The position numbers were made by a program, and so were the translations under genes. A stretch of DNA of 63,606 nt, filler included, from Collodictyon triciliatum (Eukaryota): NCBI GenBank assembly GCA_043381765.1. It is 4 parts of 4 records of this genome, joined end to end, with 100 filler letters (N's around TTAATTAATTAA, not from the genome) between each part and the next. Parts side by side here need not be neighbours in the genome. Positions count along the whole stretch, not along the records: positions 1 to 29,491 come from JBHJMP010000004.1; 3 more parts are not named here. One strand, 5' to 3'. Under the pieces are notes generated by a model that was not told where the DNA came from, made no database searches, and was given only the letters and a program-made list of their open reading frames with translations. The stretch's first letter is position 1, and each line of letters starts with the position of its first letter. Shown here in pieces: positions 1 through 13,381 of the stretch.

Positions 1-98
1 TTTGTTTTTGTTTTTGTTTTTGTTTTTGTTTTTGTTTTTGTTTTTGTTTTTGTTTTTGTTTTTGTTTTTGTTTTTGTTTTTGTTTTTGTTTTTGTTTT
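1..98. repeat. (TTTTTG)n microsatellite, probably intronic
   Basis: Perfect hexamer run at the window start. Confidence 0.95.
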
Positions 99-250
99 GA
101 AAAGTGAGGGTTTGTCTGCCAAAGTCTAAGGTATTCAAAGTGCCATGAATCTTACACTAGCAAATTAAAAAGAGGACCCTGAATATTCTCGCATAAGTTG
201 GCTTATTGAATTTAGATTAAATTATCGTTCCCTTCATTTTTTTTTAAAAG

Positions 251-2818
251 AGTGGAGAATCTGATGAGGATAAAGTTTATGTATTTCGTCATCTCATTAC
301 GGAGGAAGTGGCCTACAATCTCTTACTTGTCGAGCAAAGGCGAAAGCTTCACGAAGCCATCGGGATACACTACGAGTTAGAAGAGTCTGGAAACAAATCC
401 CTCTCTTTTGAAAGGCTGGCACACCATTTTACAAAAGCTGAGGTATTTGACAAGGCTGTCAAGTACCTTGAACTTGCTAGTTGTGATGCCTCGGAATCAA
501 ACAATACTAAAGAGGCCATTTATTTCCTTAAAAAGGCGATCGCCATTTGCGAGAGTCAAAAAGTTCAGACAATGTCTATCATCAAGTCGAAGCTGCTGGC
601 AGCGCTTGCTGAGTCACACTATCGGATGGGCGACATTAAAAGCTCAGTGACTAGTTTTGAGCAAGCCTTAACGTTGTTGGCTCTTCCCATTCCACAGGGC
701 CGAATGTCACTTTCCGCTCTCACAAACATCGCTGACCCGCAGTATATTGCCGACTTGCTGAAAGGATCATCCGAAGAAAAGCTGCTTACCACCAGGAGGT
801 CGATGAGGTCATGGTCTGTAATCGTGAAACCCAATACTTACACGATATACGAAAGGCTGGCCATCATATACATGTATACAAATGACAGACCCAAATTAGT
901 CGATGCAGTTGTGTATGCATCCCAGCAAATCACTGGGGAAAGCAGCGAGGAAGAACGCTTTTTATTTCTGGCCATGCTCACTCATGTCACCAGAGTTTTT
1001 GGTTTGAATACATTAGCTGAACGGCATTCTGCAAACGCTCTCAAAGCAACGCCGTTATGCAAAATTCAGACTTCTTCATGCATTTACATGGCGCTGGCCC
1101 ATTCTGGACTGTTTTGTGGTGGCTCTGCAAACCATTGGGAGCAGTGTCTTTCGTATATCGAAACTTCCCTGAGTCTCTTTGAGGGACACGGCTCAAGAAG
1201 AGAGTGGAGAGAAGGCCTTTATCTCAAAGCTACCTACCTTCTCCAAACGGGTGATTATCGAGAGATGATACTGATTGGTGCAAATTTAGTTGACTCTGCG
1301 CGACAAAACGATGACCTACAAGCAGTGTGGTGGGGACTTTCAACGCAGATTCGCGGCTACCTTTATTTGGATGACGGCGAAGAAGCCATTCGATTAGTTC
1401 CAGAGGCGAAGAAAATCATCGACCACGAAGACTTTGTAGATTCGTATGCTAGACTAGAATTGTACGCCATGCTGTCCATGGCTCGGCTAAAGAGAAGATA
1501 TCACTTCTCGCATATTTCTCTCGAAACGTTAGAGTTCATCATGCATGACTTCCATCTTGAGCGACCTCCGACAATGTTGTGCATGTACTCTACATTTTCC
1601 ATGATGGCTGACATTATCCTAACAGTGCTTCGGCAACTTCAATCAAAGCCTCCTGATTGCTCTGTGCACGATATCGTTTTTGAAGGGCCCTTGAGTCTCC
1701 CAATAATTGCTGAGCAGGATCTATTACCCATCACATCAAACACCCTGCCTGCCAAAACTGGGTCCAAACGCTCCCCAAACAACGCCATGGGGCTTACTAC
1801 ATCTCCATTCTTTCGAATATCTTCACCTACTACCTCTTCCTCTAATATTCTCATGTCAAACCCTACATCTATTCCGCAAACACCCACCCCTCGAGAAAAC
1901 TCTGGAGGGTTCTTCTCCAATCTTTTCAGCTCAACCAACCAGAGCATAATTCAAACAGCAGCGCAAACGTTGACGCCTTCCTCTCCATCTTCTCCAAGGC
2001 CTATTCTCGGACGACCAACTACACCTCGAGGCAAGACTCAGGACACGCCACAAAGCTTAGACCTTTGTATCGACCCGGCTCTGATAAGCCCCACATCGCA
2101 GTTCTCCATGGCTGCATTCCCATCGAAGCCTCAAACACCTTCATCGGGCACTCCTGGCACTCCAAACACCACAATAACCGAGCTACAAGGCCGAACAAAG
2201 ACAAAGTCCTTCTCTGCTTCGTCGCCCCCCACTGGTGTCGGCATTCATTTTTCCCCGGTGGGAAACTCGAATGCTTTCAGGGAAAAGACTCGCAAAGGAA
2301 GCGACGTTGCAACTCCAACCGAGCGCTCTCACCGCACCGTGGCCAGTGAAAAGAAAAAGCTCGAAAAACTTCTTAAAATTACTCTTGAACACCTCTCCCG
2401 TATGGCTCACATCTACCCGGTGCTGAAACCACTCGAACTATTCTGGCTGGGAAGACAGGAGGCGTATTGCGGAGGGGTAAAGCAGTCCCTTAAACTATGG
2501 ACCAAAGCCTTGGAAAGGGCTGAGAAGCTTCACATGCCATGGGAACTGATGCAGATCAACCACAGTCTTTCGCAATATGCAACGGATGAACAAGATAGAA
2601 TCAAATATCGCAAGGAAGCAAGGTCCATTATCACGCAGAGGAAATGGAGGTTTGAAAAGAACACAGAATCCTGCGTATCATCGCCCGGTAGTGGGAGCAA
2701 AGATTATCAGATTGACGACTTAAGCGAGACATCTGATAGCGAAGAAAGCCATGTCGAGGTTGTGACTGATTTTGATAACATACCAGATTTACGCAGCGAA
2801 ACAGAAAAAGAAAAATGA
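251..2818 (+). CDS. Terminal exon of a soluble adenylate/guanylate cyclase-like (ADCY10/SgcA-type) STAND-TPR protein; 5'-partial
   Basis: Acceptor ttttaaaag ends at 250. The frame reads YVFRHLITEEVAYNLLLVEQRRKLHEAIG...ERLAHHF..AE..DKAVKYLELA, the post-ATPase/TPR motif series of this family. TPR-like helices and an S/T/P-rich insert follow; TGA at 2816-2818. Confidence 0.75.
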   Translation, partial: SGESDEDKVYVFRHLITEEVAYNLLLVEQRRKLHEAIGIHYELEESGNKSLSFERLAHHFTKAEVFDKAVKYLELASCDASESNNTKEAIYFLKKAIAICESQKVQTMSIIKSKLLAALAESHYRMGDIKSSVTSFEQALTLLALPIPQGRMSLSALTNIADPQYIADLLKGSSEEKLLTTRRSMRSWSVIVKPNTYTIYERLAIIYMYTNDRPKLVDAVVYASQQITGESSEEERFLFLAMLTHVTRVFGLNTLAERHSANALKATPLCKIQTSSCIYMALAHSGLFCGGSANHWEQCLSYIETSLSLFEGHGSRREWREGLYLKATYLLQTGDYREMILIGANLVDSARQNDDLQAVWWGLSTQIRGYLYLDDGEEAIRLVPEAKKIIDHEDFVDSYARLELYAMLSMARLKRRYHFSHISLETLEFIMHDFHLERPPTMLCMYSTFSMMADIILTVLRQLQSKPPDCSVHDIVFEGPLSLPIIAEQDLLPITSNTLPAKTGSKRSPNNAMGLTTSPFFRISSPTTSSSNILMSNPTSIPQTPTPRENSGGFFSNLFSSTNQSIIQTAAQTLTPSSPSSPRPILGRPTTPRGKTQDTPQSLDLCIDPALISPTSQFSMAAFPSKPQTPSSGTPGTPNTTITELQGRTKTKSFSASSPPTGVGIHFSPVGNSNAFREKTRKGSDVATPTERSHRTVASEKKKLEKLLKITLEHLSRMAHIYPVLKPLELFWLGRQEAYCGGVKQSLKLWTKALERAEKLHMPWELMQINHSLSQYATDEQDRIKYRKEARSIITQRKWRFEKNTESCVSSPGSGSKDYQIDDLSETSDSEESHVEVVTDFDNIPDLRSETEKEK

Positions 2819-3318
2819 GACGGTGGAACAGTTTGCCCATTCCTATCACAACATCCTGTTTCTGACTAGTTCTTTTCTTTCTTAACTTGAAATTACTTTA
2901 ACGATTGCGGCTAGCAAGCATTATATATTGTTATAAACCCGACCGTGCAATTTTCTTGTGAAACTTATGTGAGAAATATGGCTATCGCTTTATTTCCATG
3001 ATTTCTATGCACCAGGCTCTGGCGTTTGGTGGCGAGATACATTTTTGCCTTAACACCAAAATTTAACACTGTTTCATGAAAAGCGTTTTTGAATATGTAG
3101 AGCGCTTTCAAGAGAATATTAAGGAGATAGGCAAGACAAGCACATACTTTTATTTTTTATTTTTCTCTTTTGGTAGAAGTACTTCATGTTGGATTAATCT
3201 CTGGTGTTCCCTCATTTTTGGGCCTCTGTGGACCGATGATTTATTTTTTTATTTCATTTTCTTTTTGGCCACTGTTGCTGTGCCTATGGGCACAAAGGAG
3301 CGCATATTTGCCGATTAC

Positions 3319-6300
3319 TCAGTTGAACTGGTTCATGAAGACATAGAATACCTTCTTAGCAAATGCGTAAATGTTTTCCTTGATGGTGTTTCTCTTCTCA
3401 TCATCAAAGCCATGCTTTTCCAGGAAGCTAGAGAAGGAGCCGATGGAAGACTTGACGATTCCCCAGGTATAGCGCGTGACAAACACTACGACAAAAATGG
3501 CATTAAGAGCGATGATTATATAGGATATCCATTCGTTTCCAGGGACAAGTTGCTGAACAAGAGCTGCAAAAAAGGACACGTAGAGCAAAAGCCAGCAGTT
3601 AATCGATAGTGTGTCGTCGGAATCGACCAAGTAAGGCTCGAATCTGTTCTGCAGTGTGATGGACATCTGAAAATCAAATTTTTTTTTCAGTGCGGCTAAA
3701 GGCGAAACAACACAAAGTGTCATTTTTTTTCTTCGAGCAAAAGAAGCAAAAACCTGAATCAGAATGAAAAACACGAAGTAAAGGATTGCTGGGGCTGTGT
3801 AGGGAACCACAAAAGCAGTAAATCCGAACATGATGGATTGAATGACACGTACGACAACCCACCAATCGTATTTCTAACGTGTAAATTTATTACATGCGTT
3901 TCTTGGTTAGGATTAAAGCAAATAAACAAAATAAAAAAAAACTTATTCAAGTTTACCTTACCTTTTCGTATATGGAAGAGAATCTGTCAATTTGAATCTG
4001 ACAAACCAGGTCAAAGGTAGAAAGTGTCAAATCTAAACCCTTTTTTTTGGTACCGTGGAGCGAGGGGTTGCTTTCGCTCTTCTTTTCACTTGATCTGCTA
4101 TTTGACGAGTGAGTTAGGTTAGATGAGGTATGGTTGCTTTGAACTTCTTCATGATGGCGCTCATCCTCAGATACAAAATTGATGTTTTGTAAATCAATCA
4201 TCTCAATTTCGACGGTGGTGCTGCTTTCCACTAGAATGGGTTCCTAATAGATACAATTTAAAGATAGGCACAGCAATTTCTCTAATTTAGAGTATATCTG
4301 TTTAAAAATACAATAATTAGTCCTCTGGCTTCCTCTTCTTCTTCGTCCATTCTCATCTTCCTTGCTCTTAAGACGATCAGCCAAAGAAAACTAGGATAAA
4401 GAACCATGTAAATGACCCCAATCACTGCAGCTCCAATCATCTTCGCGTAACTATCCGTCATCGGACTACACTGAATCCAAGGATAGGTGTTGACAAAGAA
4501 AACTCCAAGCCCTTTGTCGTGGATGGTACAACCGATAGTACTCATAACATCCTGTACAACCGAAAAATATGTACCCTCCAAGAAGATAAACAAAACAGCA
4601 ACAACCTAGTATTGTAAATGACTCAGATTCGATTATTAATTGCAGCTCATTTAAGTTATTTTTAATCACTGATTAACGCCTATAAAGTGCTTTGGTTTCT
4701 TAAAAATGTGTTTTTATACCTTCTCCACATTCCTTTTGTCATTTTTAGACAAAAACTTTTTGAATCCAAGGTAAGCAATAAGTACTATGCTGGGAATACG
4801 GGCGAGATTCATCAAAGACGTGATATGTGGCTGATTTCCGACGATGCATTCAAGCGATGGAAGCCTTAATGAGAATACATTTCCAACAAATTTACCCGCA
4901 AAATTAAAATCAGGCAAGGAAACTATTCCGCTGAGAACTTGTAGAATTTGAGTGTAAAACAGAAATATATCCAGAGATGCTACAAAATGAAACAAAACTG
5001 AGCGAGTGATGACATTTTATAGCATGATTTCGAAACGTATAATAAGACTTGAAAATATTTACGAACCCGAGTCTTGAGTCTCGTCTTCGCCTTCCTCTGC
5101 ATCTTCAACTTTATCTATATCTTCAGCCTTTTCATCTGCTTCATCTTCCTGGGTACTTTCTCCAACCCATGCGATTCCAACTTGCCATAAAACACCAAAA
5201 ATCAGTACTACAAGAAAAGCTACTACTTTTGCAGCTGAGTAGTCAAAAGAGCATTCATTGCATTCCCCACTTTCAAAAAGATACCCTTCTTGACATTCTG
5301 AGCAACTCCTCCCAGTGTAACCTTTCTCGCACGGGAAAACATGAATTCCAAGGCTGATATTCACTTTAGTCTCAATTGAACTCTCTATGTGGAACTTACA
5401 GACGTCTGGGTTCAGACAAGGAACTATTTCTTTAATATCAAGCAAAGTGGGGGTAAAGTAGCACTTTTCCAAGGAAACGCCATCCTCACAATCGCACTCC
5501 CTGGGGCATTTTACACACTTATTTCGAAATCCAAAATATCCAGGCAAGCATTTACACATGATCTTATCGTAGTACTCGGAATCCACTTCAATTATAGAGT
5601 GACTCACATTCGCTTGAACTATCGGACACTGATACTTATCCTCGACTTTTTGAATTTGATACGAATCAGAATAGTGAAGAACTTTCGGAAGAATATTTAA
5701 AGTGACATTTGTCTTCAAATTCGTTTTGAGTATTGATAAGAATGACATATCAGTATATCCATCCATTCCACTTGGAAGTGAGCCACTTAAATGTTCATTT
5801 CCATACAAATCCATACTCTTAATGTTTCTTAATGCATTCCAAGATGGTAACGGATTGGTCAAGTTATTGAAAGATAAGTCCAACTCTGTAAGGAACTCCT
5901 TATCGAGGTCTGGGAAAGAACCTAAAATATTAAGGTACAGATTGAGTATCACCATAATTTACTCTACCCGAAAAAAAAGAATAAATACTATATCAAAGCA
6001 TAAATTATATCAGATTTATTTTAACCAGTAAGCCTATTGTTGGAGAGGTCCAAAGACTGTATGAATCTTGGAGATATATCATTAACTGCCAATAAAATTC
6101 GATTTTCAAAAAAAAAAAATACCGCTACGATAATATTTGAAAAGTTTAACATGGAAACAACATATTGTCTATTATTGGATACCTAACGTGAATTCGTTTC
6201 TAGAGGCCAGTATTTTGATAAGAAGGGGACAATCAGATAAAGAAGGAAACAATCCTAAATTTTTTTGAATTAATATGGATATTTCTGGGGGAACATGTTA

Positions 6301-9300
6301 AAATTAGGTTGCATATAAATTCATTCCTTAACAAAAAAAAAATCTTTTTCCATATAAACCTGATAGAAAATTATTTTCAATCGACAATATTAGTAATGAG
6401 CTGGCCATTAATACGTCCATGCCTTAAAATGAATAATTTAGTAATTATTTTAACCAAACAAAATACGTTTGAAAGTCAAAATAGAAACAGAATTAATTAA
6501 TAGCATATGTTAATGGTGACTTATTCTAGAAGCAGACAGATAAAAAAATATTAACCATTCAATCGGTTACTATTCAAATCCAACAGTTGAAGAGACATCA
6601 GATTTGAAAAACTTGGAATTCGACCTGAAATTCAACGAAAAATTCAAACATATACCCAAAACTCAGTAATAGTTTGTTTGTGGTTAAAAAAGTTATTTAA
6701 ATATCTCATTTTACCGGATAGCTTATTCGAGCTTAGATCTAGCAACCTCAAGTTGAAAACATTCTTGAATTCAGGAATTTTTCCTGTTTCATAGACACAT
6801 TTAATTAGTATATGTAAATAGGGTTCCTTATAATGGAATAAATCATTTTTTGTTTTATGTAGTATTAAAGAACCTGATAAATTGTTATCATTTAATTTTA
6901 GTCCGATAAGCTCAGGCATTCTGAAGTCAGGAATTTCTCCACGAATGCTATTTCTTGATAGGTCAATTTCTTGCATCCACACAAATGCTTCAATCCCCGA
7001 TTTTTCAATATCTCCATTCAAATTGTTGCCACTCAACGTTAATTTTATGATAGGACACCACTTATTCTACGCAGAATGTATAAAAAAATGTTAATGTAAT
7101 TGATAATCCATTAATAAATCAAATTAATTTAAATAATTAATTACACTGACCTCCTGAACAATTAAAATGCAATTGGGATCACATGCTATACCATGCCATT
7201 TACAATAGTCATAGATTTCAAGCCATAGAGTGTTATTAGTCCAATTCATTCCGTTCAACTCAATAAAAAATCCTCTTAAGGCCTCGGTGGGAGCTTAATG
7301 AAATAATTTAAAAAGTATTGTAATTTAAAGATTTTCCATGTTTGTGCTTTAAAAAAATGAAGGTTTAGATTTGTGAATTTAGAAGAGTATTTAGTGTGAT
7401 TCATTTATTCTTTTTACTTAATAACTTGTTTTCAGACAGGTCCAAAGAATCCAAGTATCTCAAGTTTGAAAAACTTGGGTACATACCTGATGGGTGACAT
7501 AATTTAATTAAAATCAATTACAAATTAGTGCTGAAATCTTTAATGGTGTGTCTTTTATTATTTACCAATTATAAATCAAAAACCTATAAGCGAGTTATGT
7601 GAAAGATTTAGATGCCTGACAAAGGGTATATTGTTGAAGTTTGGAATCATCCCTGCGATTCAAAAATTAATGTTTAAAATTTTCATTTAGGCGAAGGTGT
7701 TAAAATCTAGATATTTCCACTTTCATCTACAATTAAGAGGTAAAATGAAAAGAAAACTTGTAAAAATAAAAAAAACATAATAAACGCTCTCGTTTACCAC
7801 TGAGTCTGTTATTTGAAATGTCAATGTAACCCACGTATCTTATATTGGTAAAGTCTGGAATAGAGCCTAAATTTTGATTGAAAGTTTTTTATGACGACAA
7901 GGAATTTTTTTGATTCATTCCTCACCCAATGGTTTTATAATGATGATAGATTACCACTTATATTATTGAAGGAGAAATCCATTTCGAAAATGTTGGATAT
8001 TTTGCTAAAGTCTGGCACAGATCCTAAACATTGATGTTGTTTTAGTTCATTAGAAGACACCGTAATCTATTGTTGAATTAGTGTATGGAAAAAAAACCAT
8101 TGATATTATTATAAGAGAGGTAGATCCAGTAAAGGTTTGGAGCGTTGTTGAAATCCGGTATATTTCCTATATATGAATTAGAATTAAAAAAGCCTTTTGA
8201 ACTCTCTAAAATGTTAAATTAATTTTGAATGATGTACTTTTTGGGTTTGTGTGTCTTTTTATTCAAACCATTTAACATGTTTTGGGATAAATCTAAGTAG
8301 TTTATCAGCGTGATTTTGCTAAAGTTTGGAATCGAACCTAAATTTGATGGCAAATCGAAACTAATTAAGAAATTATGTTCGTATTGCAATCTCCTCTTTA
8401 AATGTCCATTATTTTACATACCATCCAACTTATTTCCAAACAATAACAGGTAACTTAGTTGTTGTATGCCTTTAAAGTCCGGAATTCCTCCTATAAATTT
8501 CAACTATGTTGATCATTTATATCGATGAATAATGCCAAATTGACATCTAATATTTTTACTAGATTTATAGATTAATTGACCCTGTAATTCGTTTGCAGAG
8601 AGATCTAGAAAGCGGAGACTTTTTATAAAAACAAAATCTGGAATGGTTCCTATTTTGAAATATGAAATTTGATTTTAAGAGGCTATTGTTAAGAGTTGTC
8701 ACATTCTCCTCGCTTGACTCATAAATAATTCATTACAATATTCCCTCACCGCTCAATTTATTAAAATCTAGATCGATGCGATTGATTATTGTAATATTCC
8801 TAAAGTCTGGAACTGCCCCTACAATATATTTGCATGAATACGCCCATATTCGACTATATTAAAGGCTAAAATACCATTATTCATACCTGTCAGCTCGTTC
8901 CAGGATAGGAGTAGAGAATTCAGATTAGGAACTTTGCTAAAATCAGGGACAGTTCCTATGATATGATTTGCATTTTAGTTCATGTGTTTTTTTTTTCAAA
9001 AAAAATCAGATGTTTCAGAACCTGACAACTTGTTATCATTAAGACTGATGTTTCGAATCATCGGAATAAAACTAAAATCTGGTATGGTCCCTATGAAAAA
9101 TTCATTCCGTGGTTATTAAGGACTTAAAAAAACGTATATGTAATTCTACAGCAATTAATTTTCATTAAATACCGATGAGTTGGTTGCTATTGATGGCCAC
9201 TTCGTCCATGTAAGTTAATTCAATAAAGTCTGGTATAGTTCCTATGAATAAAGTCACCTCTTGTTATGGCGTAGATCAAAATTTTGGTATCTTTTATATT

Positions 9301-11505
9301 GTCTTGAATAGTTTACTGGTCTTGAAAATTATTTTCTCTAGAAAAGGGAAAATGGGGTTCATATGTCAATAATAGATAGCATACGCACCAGTGAGTAGAT
9401 TGGCCGATAATAGGAGGGTTCTGATGCGTGGCATACTTTTGAAGTTTGGAATGGTCCCTTTATACATTACATTGTTATTACGATTTAAAAAGGGGAGTTT
9501 TATAATTCATGTTAAATAAAATACTTTTAAAATGCTATTAAATTCACCATCCAAGTAGTTATCCTCCAAATCAAGATGATTAAGATAGGTTATTGCAGTG
9601 AAATCGGGTATATAACCTTGAAATTGTAGTATAATTTTATGATGTGTTGAAGCTAATTTACTTCTCTTTTACTTTTTTAAAAAAAAAATATCACTATGGA
9701 AATGGATTATGAAAATTTTTACCGCTAAGTTGGTTTTCGTACAGGTTGAGCGAATAAATGTAAGGAATCTTATCAAAATCTGGAATGGTGCCTGTTTTGG
9801 AGTTGATGTAAAAATTTATAAATAAATTTATCTGGTATGAAGAAATTTTGAATCAAAAAAGGGAAAAAATCTCATATCAAAATATTCTATAGATTAAAAA
9901 TTGTGCTAACGAAAGTAATGGAATGCCCACCATAGATCGTTGTTTGATATATCCCTATCGTGTAGACAAATCTCATGTTGGAAAAATTGGGTAAGGTACC
10001 TAAATTAAATGATTGATCAGATATTGGAGGAAAACAACAGAGTTATATATCAACCACCTGTGAGCATTTCAGAGTCTCCAATCCACAAATTTGATATAAA
10101 TAAAATTCCGGAGAAGTCAGGAATGGTTCCTTCCAGTTTATTGTCATCAATTTCGAGGTGATAGATAAAAAGCATTCCTTGAAAATCTGGTATTGTCCCG
10201 GTAATTTCATTCTCATACAAATTTAGATGGTTTAATTCAGGTATAAAGAAATCTGGGAGATTTCCATGTATTGAATTTTGCTGGAAATCTACCCAGCGAA
10301 GATTTTTTAGCTCTTGTAGTACAGGAACGAAGTACTCCGTATCACCATATAGGCCATTATACGGCAAATCCAGTCCTGTGACTGGGCATTCGTTGTTCTG
10401 ATGTATGTAATTTTAATGTGTATTAGATAATTTTCCCACATTACTTCAATACCAGAAAAAAACTTACCTCATGCATATCTACTGCGCAATACGGACAAAT
10501 AACTCCGTACCATTCGCATATCGGTACATCCTCTTGTTTCCAGTACCAATTTATCCACCAGTAGTCTCCATTCAACAGGTCATAAAGTCTAGCTAGTATA
10601 TCATATTGACTGGCTCCATAATAGATATTGCTTCCAATATCCTTTGTTTCTAAAAACATATTTTCTCTATTTTTTGGATCCCGTCCATTCACATGAGTTT
10701 TTTCTTCGTATTTATGTCCTTTTTTGACATTCTTGGAGTTTTTTTCTCCCAAAGAAAATTTTCCAGGATCTTTCTTGGCATGTAAATGTTGAGCTAGCGG
10801 ATAGTTTTCGGAATAATTGATTGCGCGTTCCCCTGATTTACTTTGAAAAGCACAAGTTTCATCGTAAAGATCCAATAGTATTTCAAAAGCCTCATTCACG
10901 TCCATTTTCAATAAATCATGTCTAGGGAGCTGACAAACGTTCCTGTATTTATATTTATTTTGATATATAATACCATCTAATCCAAAAACAGTCTTTCTTT
11001 TTCTTACCCTTGAGATGAAAGAGCTTGATATGAAAGAGCTTGAGAAAGGCACATTGTCACCACAAGGGTGATGAGTACAGCATTCGGGCTGGAAATTTAA
11101 GTTATAATGCATATTAAGGCGAAAATGGTTCTTGAAGTAAAAATAAAATCTACATAAAGGTGGCAATTACAAAATTTAAAGTATGAATATTGATTTTCTT
11201 TTCGATTTGGATAATCTGGGATGTTGGGTTCATAGTCTGCTTTTCTTTCGGAAAGTGTAGAATTTTTACTTTTTTCCAAATAATATGCGAATCTTTATCA
11301 TGAGAGATGATTTGGAGGTGCCTTTTTCGCAATCTTCGGCCTTAGAGAAAGATATTTTGTTGATGAAATTATATAAATACACGACAGTTTCATATAATAT
11401 TTCTGATAATTTATATGGATTAAGTACCCGATGTTTTATGGGAATTGATGGCTTCAAATTCTCATAAAATCCAAATATGCTGAGAAAGAGGAGCACTGGC
11501 CACAT
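3319..11505 (-). CDS. LRR-ectodomain multi-pass membrane receptor-like protein (two Cys caps, >20 LRRs, Cys-rich stalk, several TM helices); about 30 exons
   Basis: Signal-peptide-like MWPVLLFLSIFGF at 11505 (5' exon structure uncertain). Caps LYDLLNGDYW...CEWYGVIC and FFIELNGMNW...CKWHGIAC. GT-AG exons each encode a GTIPDF..L..L.L..N.L repeat. CKCLPGYFG/CEKGYTGRSCSECQEGY stalk. Hydrophobic exons 5250-3319. Confidence 0.85.
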
Positions 11506-11920
11506 TCTAATATTCAAGGGGGAACAGGAAGTGTTTTAATGGGTCTTTTTTATATAATAAAATTTCTTCTCTATAAATTATTATTATTTATATAGAATCA
11601 TGGTCAAATTCTATCATATTATAAATTTGATAAGAAATTTTGAAAACACAAAAAGCACACTTGGCAGTGGTACCCAAAGAAAAACTGTGCTTTTCTCTCC
11701 CTTGGATTGAAGTTCAGTGATTAGACCTACAGAATTTTGCTTGTTAACTGGCCAGAAGAGTAATAATCATTATTTTAAGGTTTGTTAATCAAAAAACTGG
11801 AAGAAAATATTTTTTTAAAAAAAAAGGGGTCTTGTTAAGGACACTCCAGTGACACAATCGGGAACAGAGACAAAAAACTCTAGACAAGTCCTGAAAAAAA
11901 AAAAGGTAATGTAAAATTTG

Positions 11921-11972
11921 GTTTGATATGTTCTTTTTTCCTTTATTCAATTCAATTAGTTTGATACGTTCT
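11921..11972 (-). mobile_element. Tail-only poly(A) retroinsertion with 14-bp TSD (1 mismatch)
   Basis: gtttgatatgttct [ttttt cctttattcaattcaatta] gtttgatacgttct; core closely matches the copies at 24408 and 54971. Confidence 0.6.
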
Positions 11973-13305
11973 AATATGAATGAAATTACAATGATAAGCT
12001 CGTTTTTTATTAGAAATTAAAGGGAGAAGAATCAGACGAGGCATGAAATATAAATTAACAACAGGTTGAAAAAAATTTTTACTTTAAATATTGCAAGATG
12101 TTAATAGCTAACTCAATTGTTTCTAATTCAATAATTAATAAAAATGTAAATTTTATCAAATTATTCATGGGACGTGAGATTGTTTGGATGCACAGAAAAT
12201 AGCATTTATCAGATTTATTAAAAGGAATCTATCAAATTTTTGGCCAAAATAGTGCGTAATAAAAATTTTCTGATTTTTTTTTGATTTTGATTGCTGAGAA
12301 GAAATTACTCCATAACATTACTTTAATGTCTGATAGACTTTATTTTGTATATTTTCAAATGTGCTTTTATAAGAAAAAATTCATTTATTGTATATATATT
12401 GAATAACAGCCAAATCATGCTGAAGTTTAATTTTGCTCGTCGCGATATTTTTAAAATTCAGAATGAAGTCTGTGCGCCCTATATGTGAAATGGCCCTTAG
12501 AGCTGCATCATAAGGAAATGATATTTAATTTGGCATTGTAGCACAATCGAAACCAAAAAAATTGACAAAAAATACTGATTTCTTAAAGTTTTAATTTAGA
12601 TTCTGAATATATGATTGTATGGAGCGAGCATAATTTTTGGAATATCCAAAATATGAAAGAACATGGCACACCGCACCATGGATTTGCCAAATAATCACAT
12701 AACCTTTGGTTTTTTTTCATAATTGGAGTGAAGAAAGTTCATTTATTTGATATATGAAAAGAATGACCAATACGATTGTTTTATCATGTATAAGCATGTA
12801 AAATCAAAATTGTCAAAATTTACAGAAGTATGAATAAAATGGAGTGAGCTATTGATGAGTAGTAAATAATTCATGTGTATGTAATAATGCAATCAAACAT
12901 ATATTGGTCGCAGTGTGCGTGGTTTCAATATTCGATGCATGTTGACCAAGGTTCTCGTATATTCTTCTCTGTCCTGGGACAAGCAATCAATATATTATTG
13001 GTTAATCACAACAGGGCTGCTAAATCTCTTGTGTGAACAGTGGAATTTATTTCCTCATATGCAGCGAACAAAAATTACCCTTCGGGGCTGCATGCCTGAT
13101 TTGCGTGTGGTCCTTACAGCGCTGTTCAATTTTTTCTTTCTGGTCTTCAGTGCTACATAGCTGATGATTACGAATAGTTTCACTCCGAGTCTTTGTATGA
13201 TTCTGCTGAACCAAAGGCTCTGAAAAAAATATAACTATTGTTAAGAGAGAGAATATGTGCATTTTAGTAGAAAGATATCAATTTGATTAATGAAATACAG
13301 TTCAC

Positions 13306-13306
13306 C

Positions 13307-13380
<74 letters not shown>
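13306..13380. repeat. (CAA)n microsatellite
   Basis: Perfect trinucleotide run. Confidence 0.95.

Positions 13381-13381
<1 letters not shown>

Noticed and set aside
3076-3609. 177-aa plus-strand ORF
   Set aside because: Antisense to the last exon of the LRR receptor, with no independent motif
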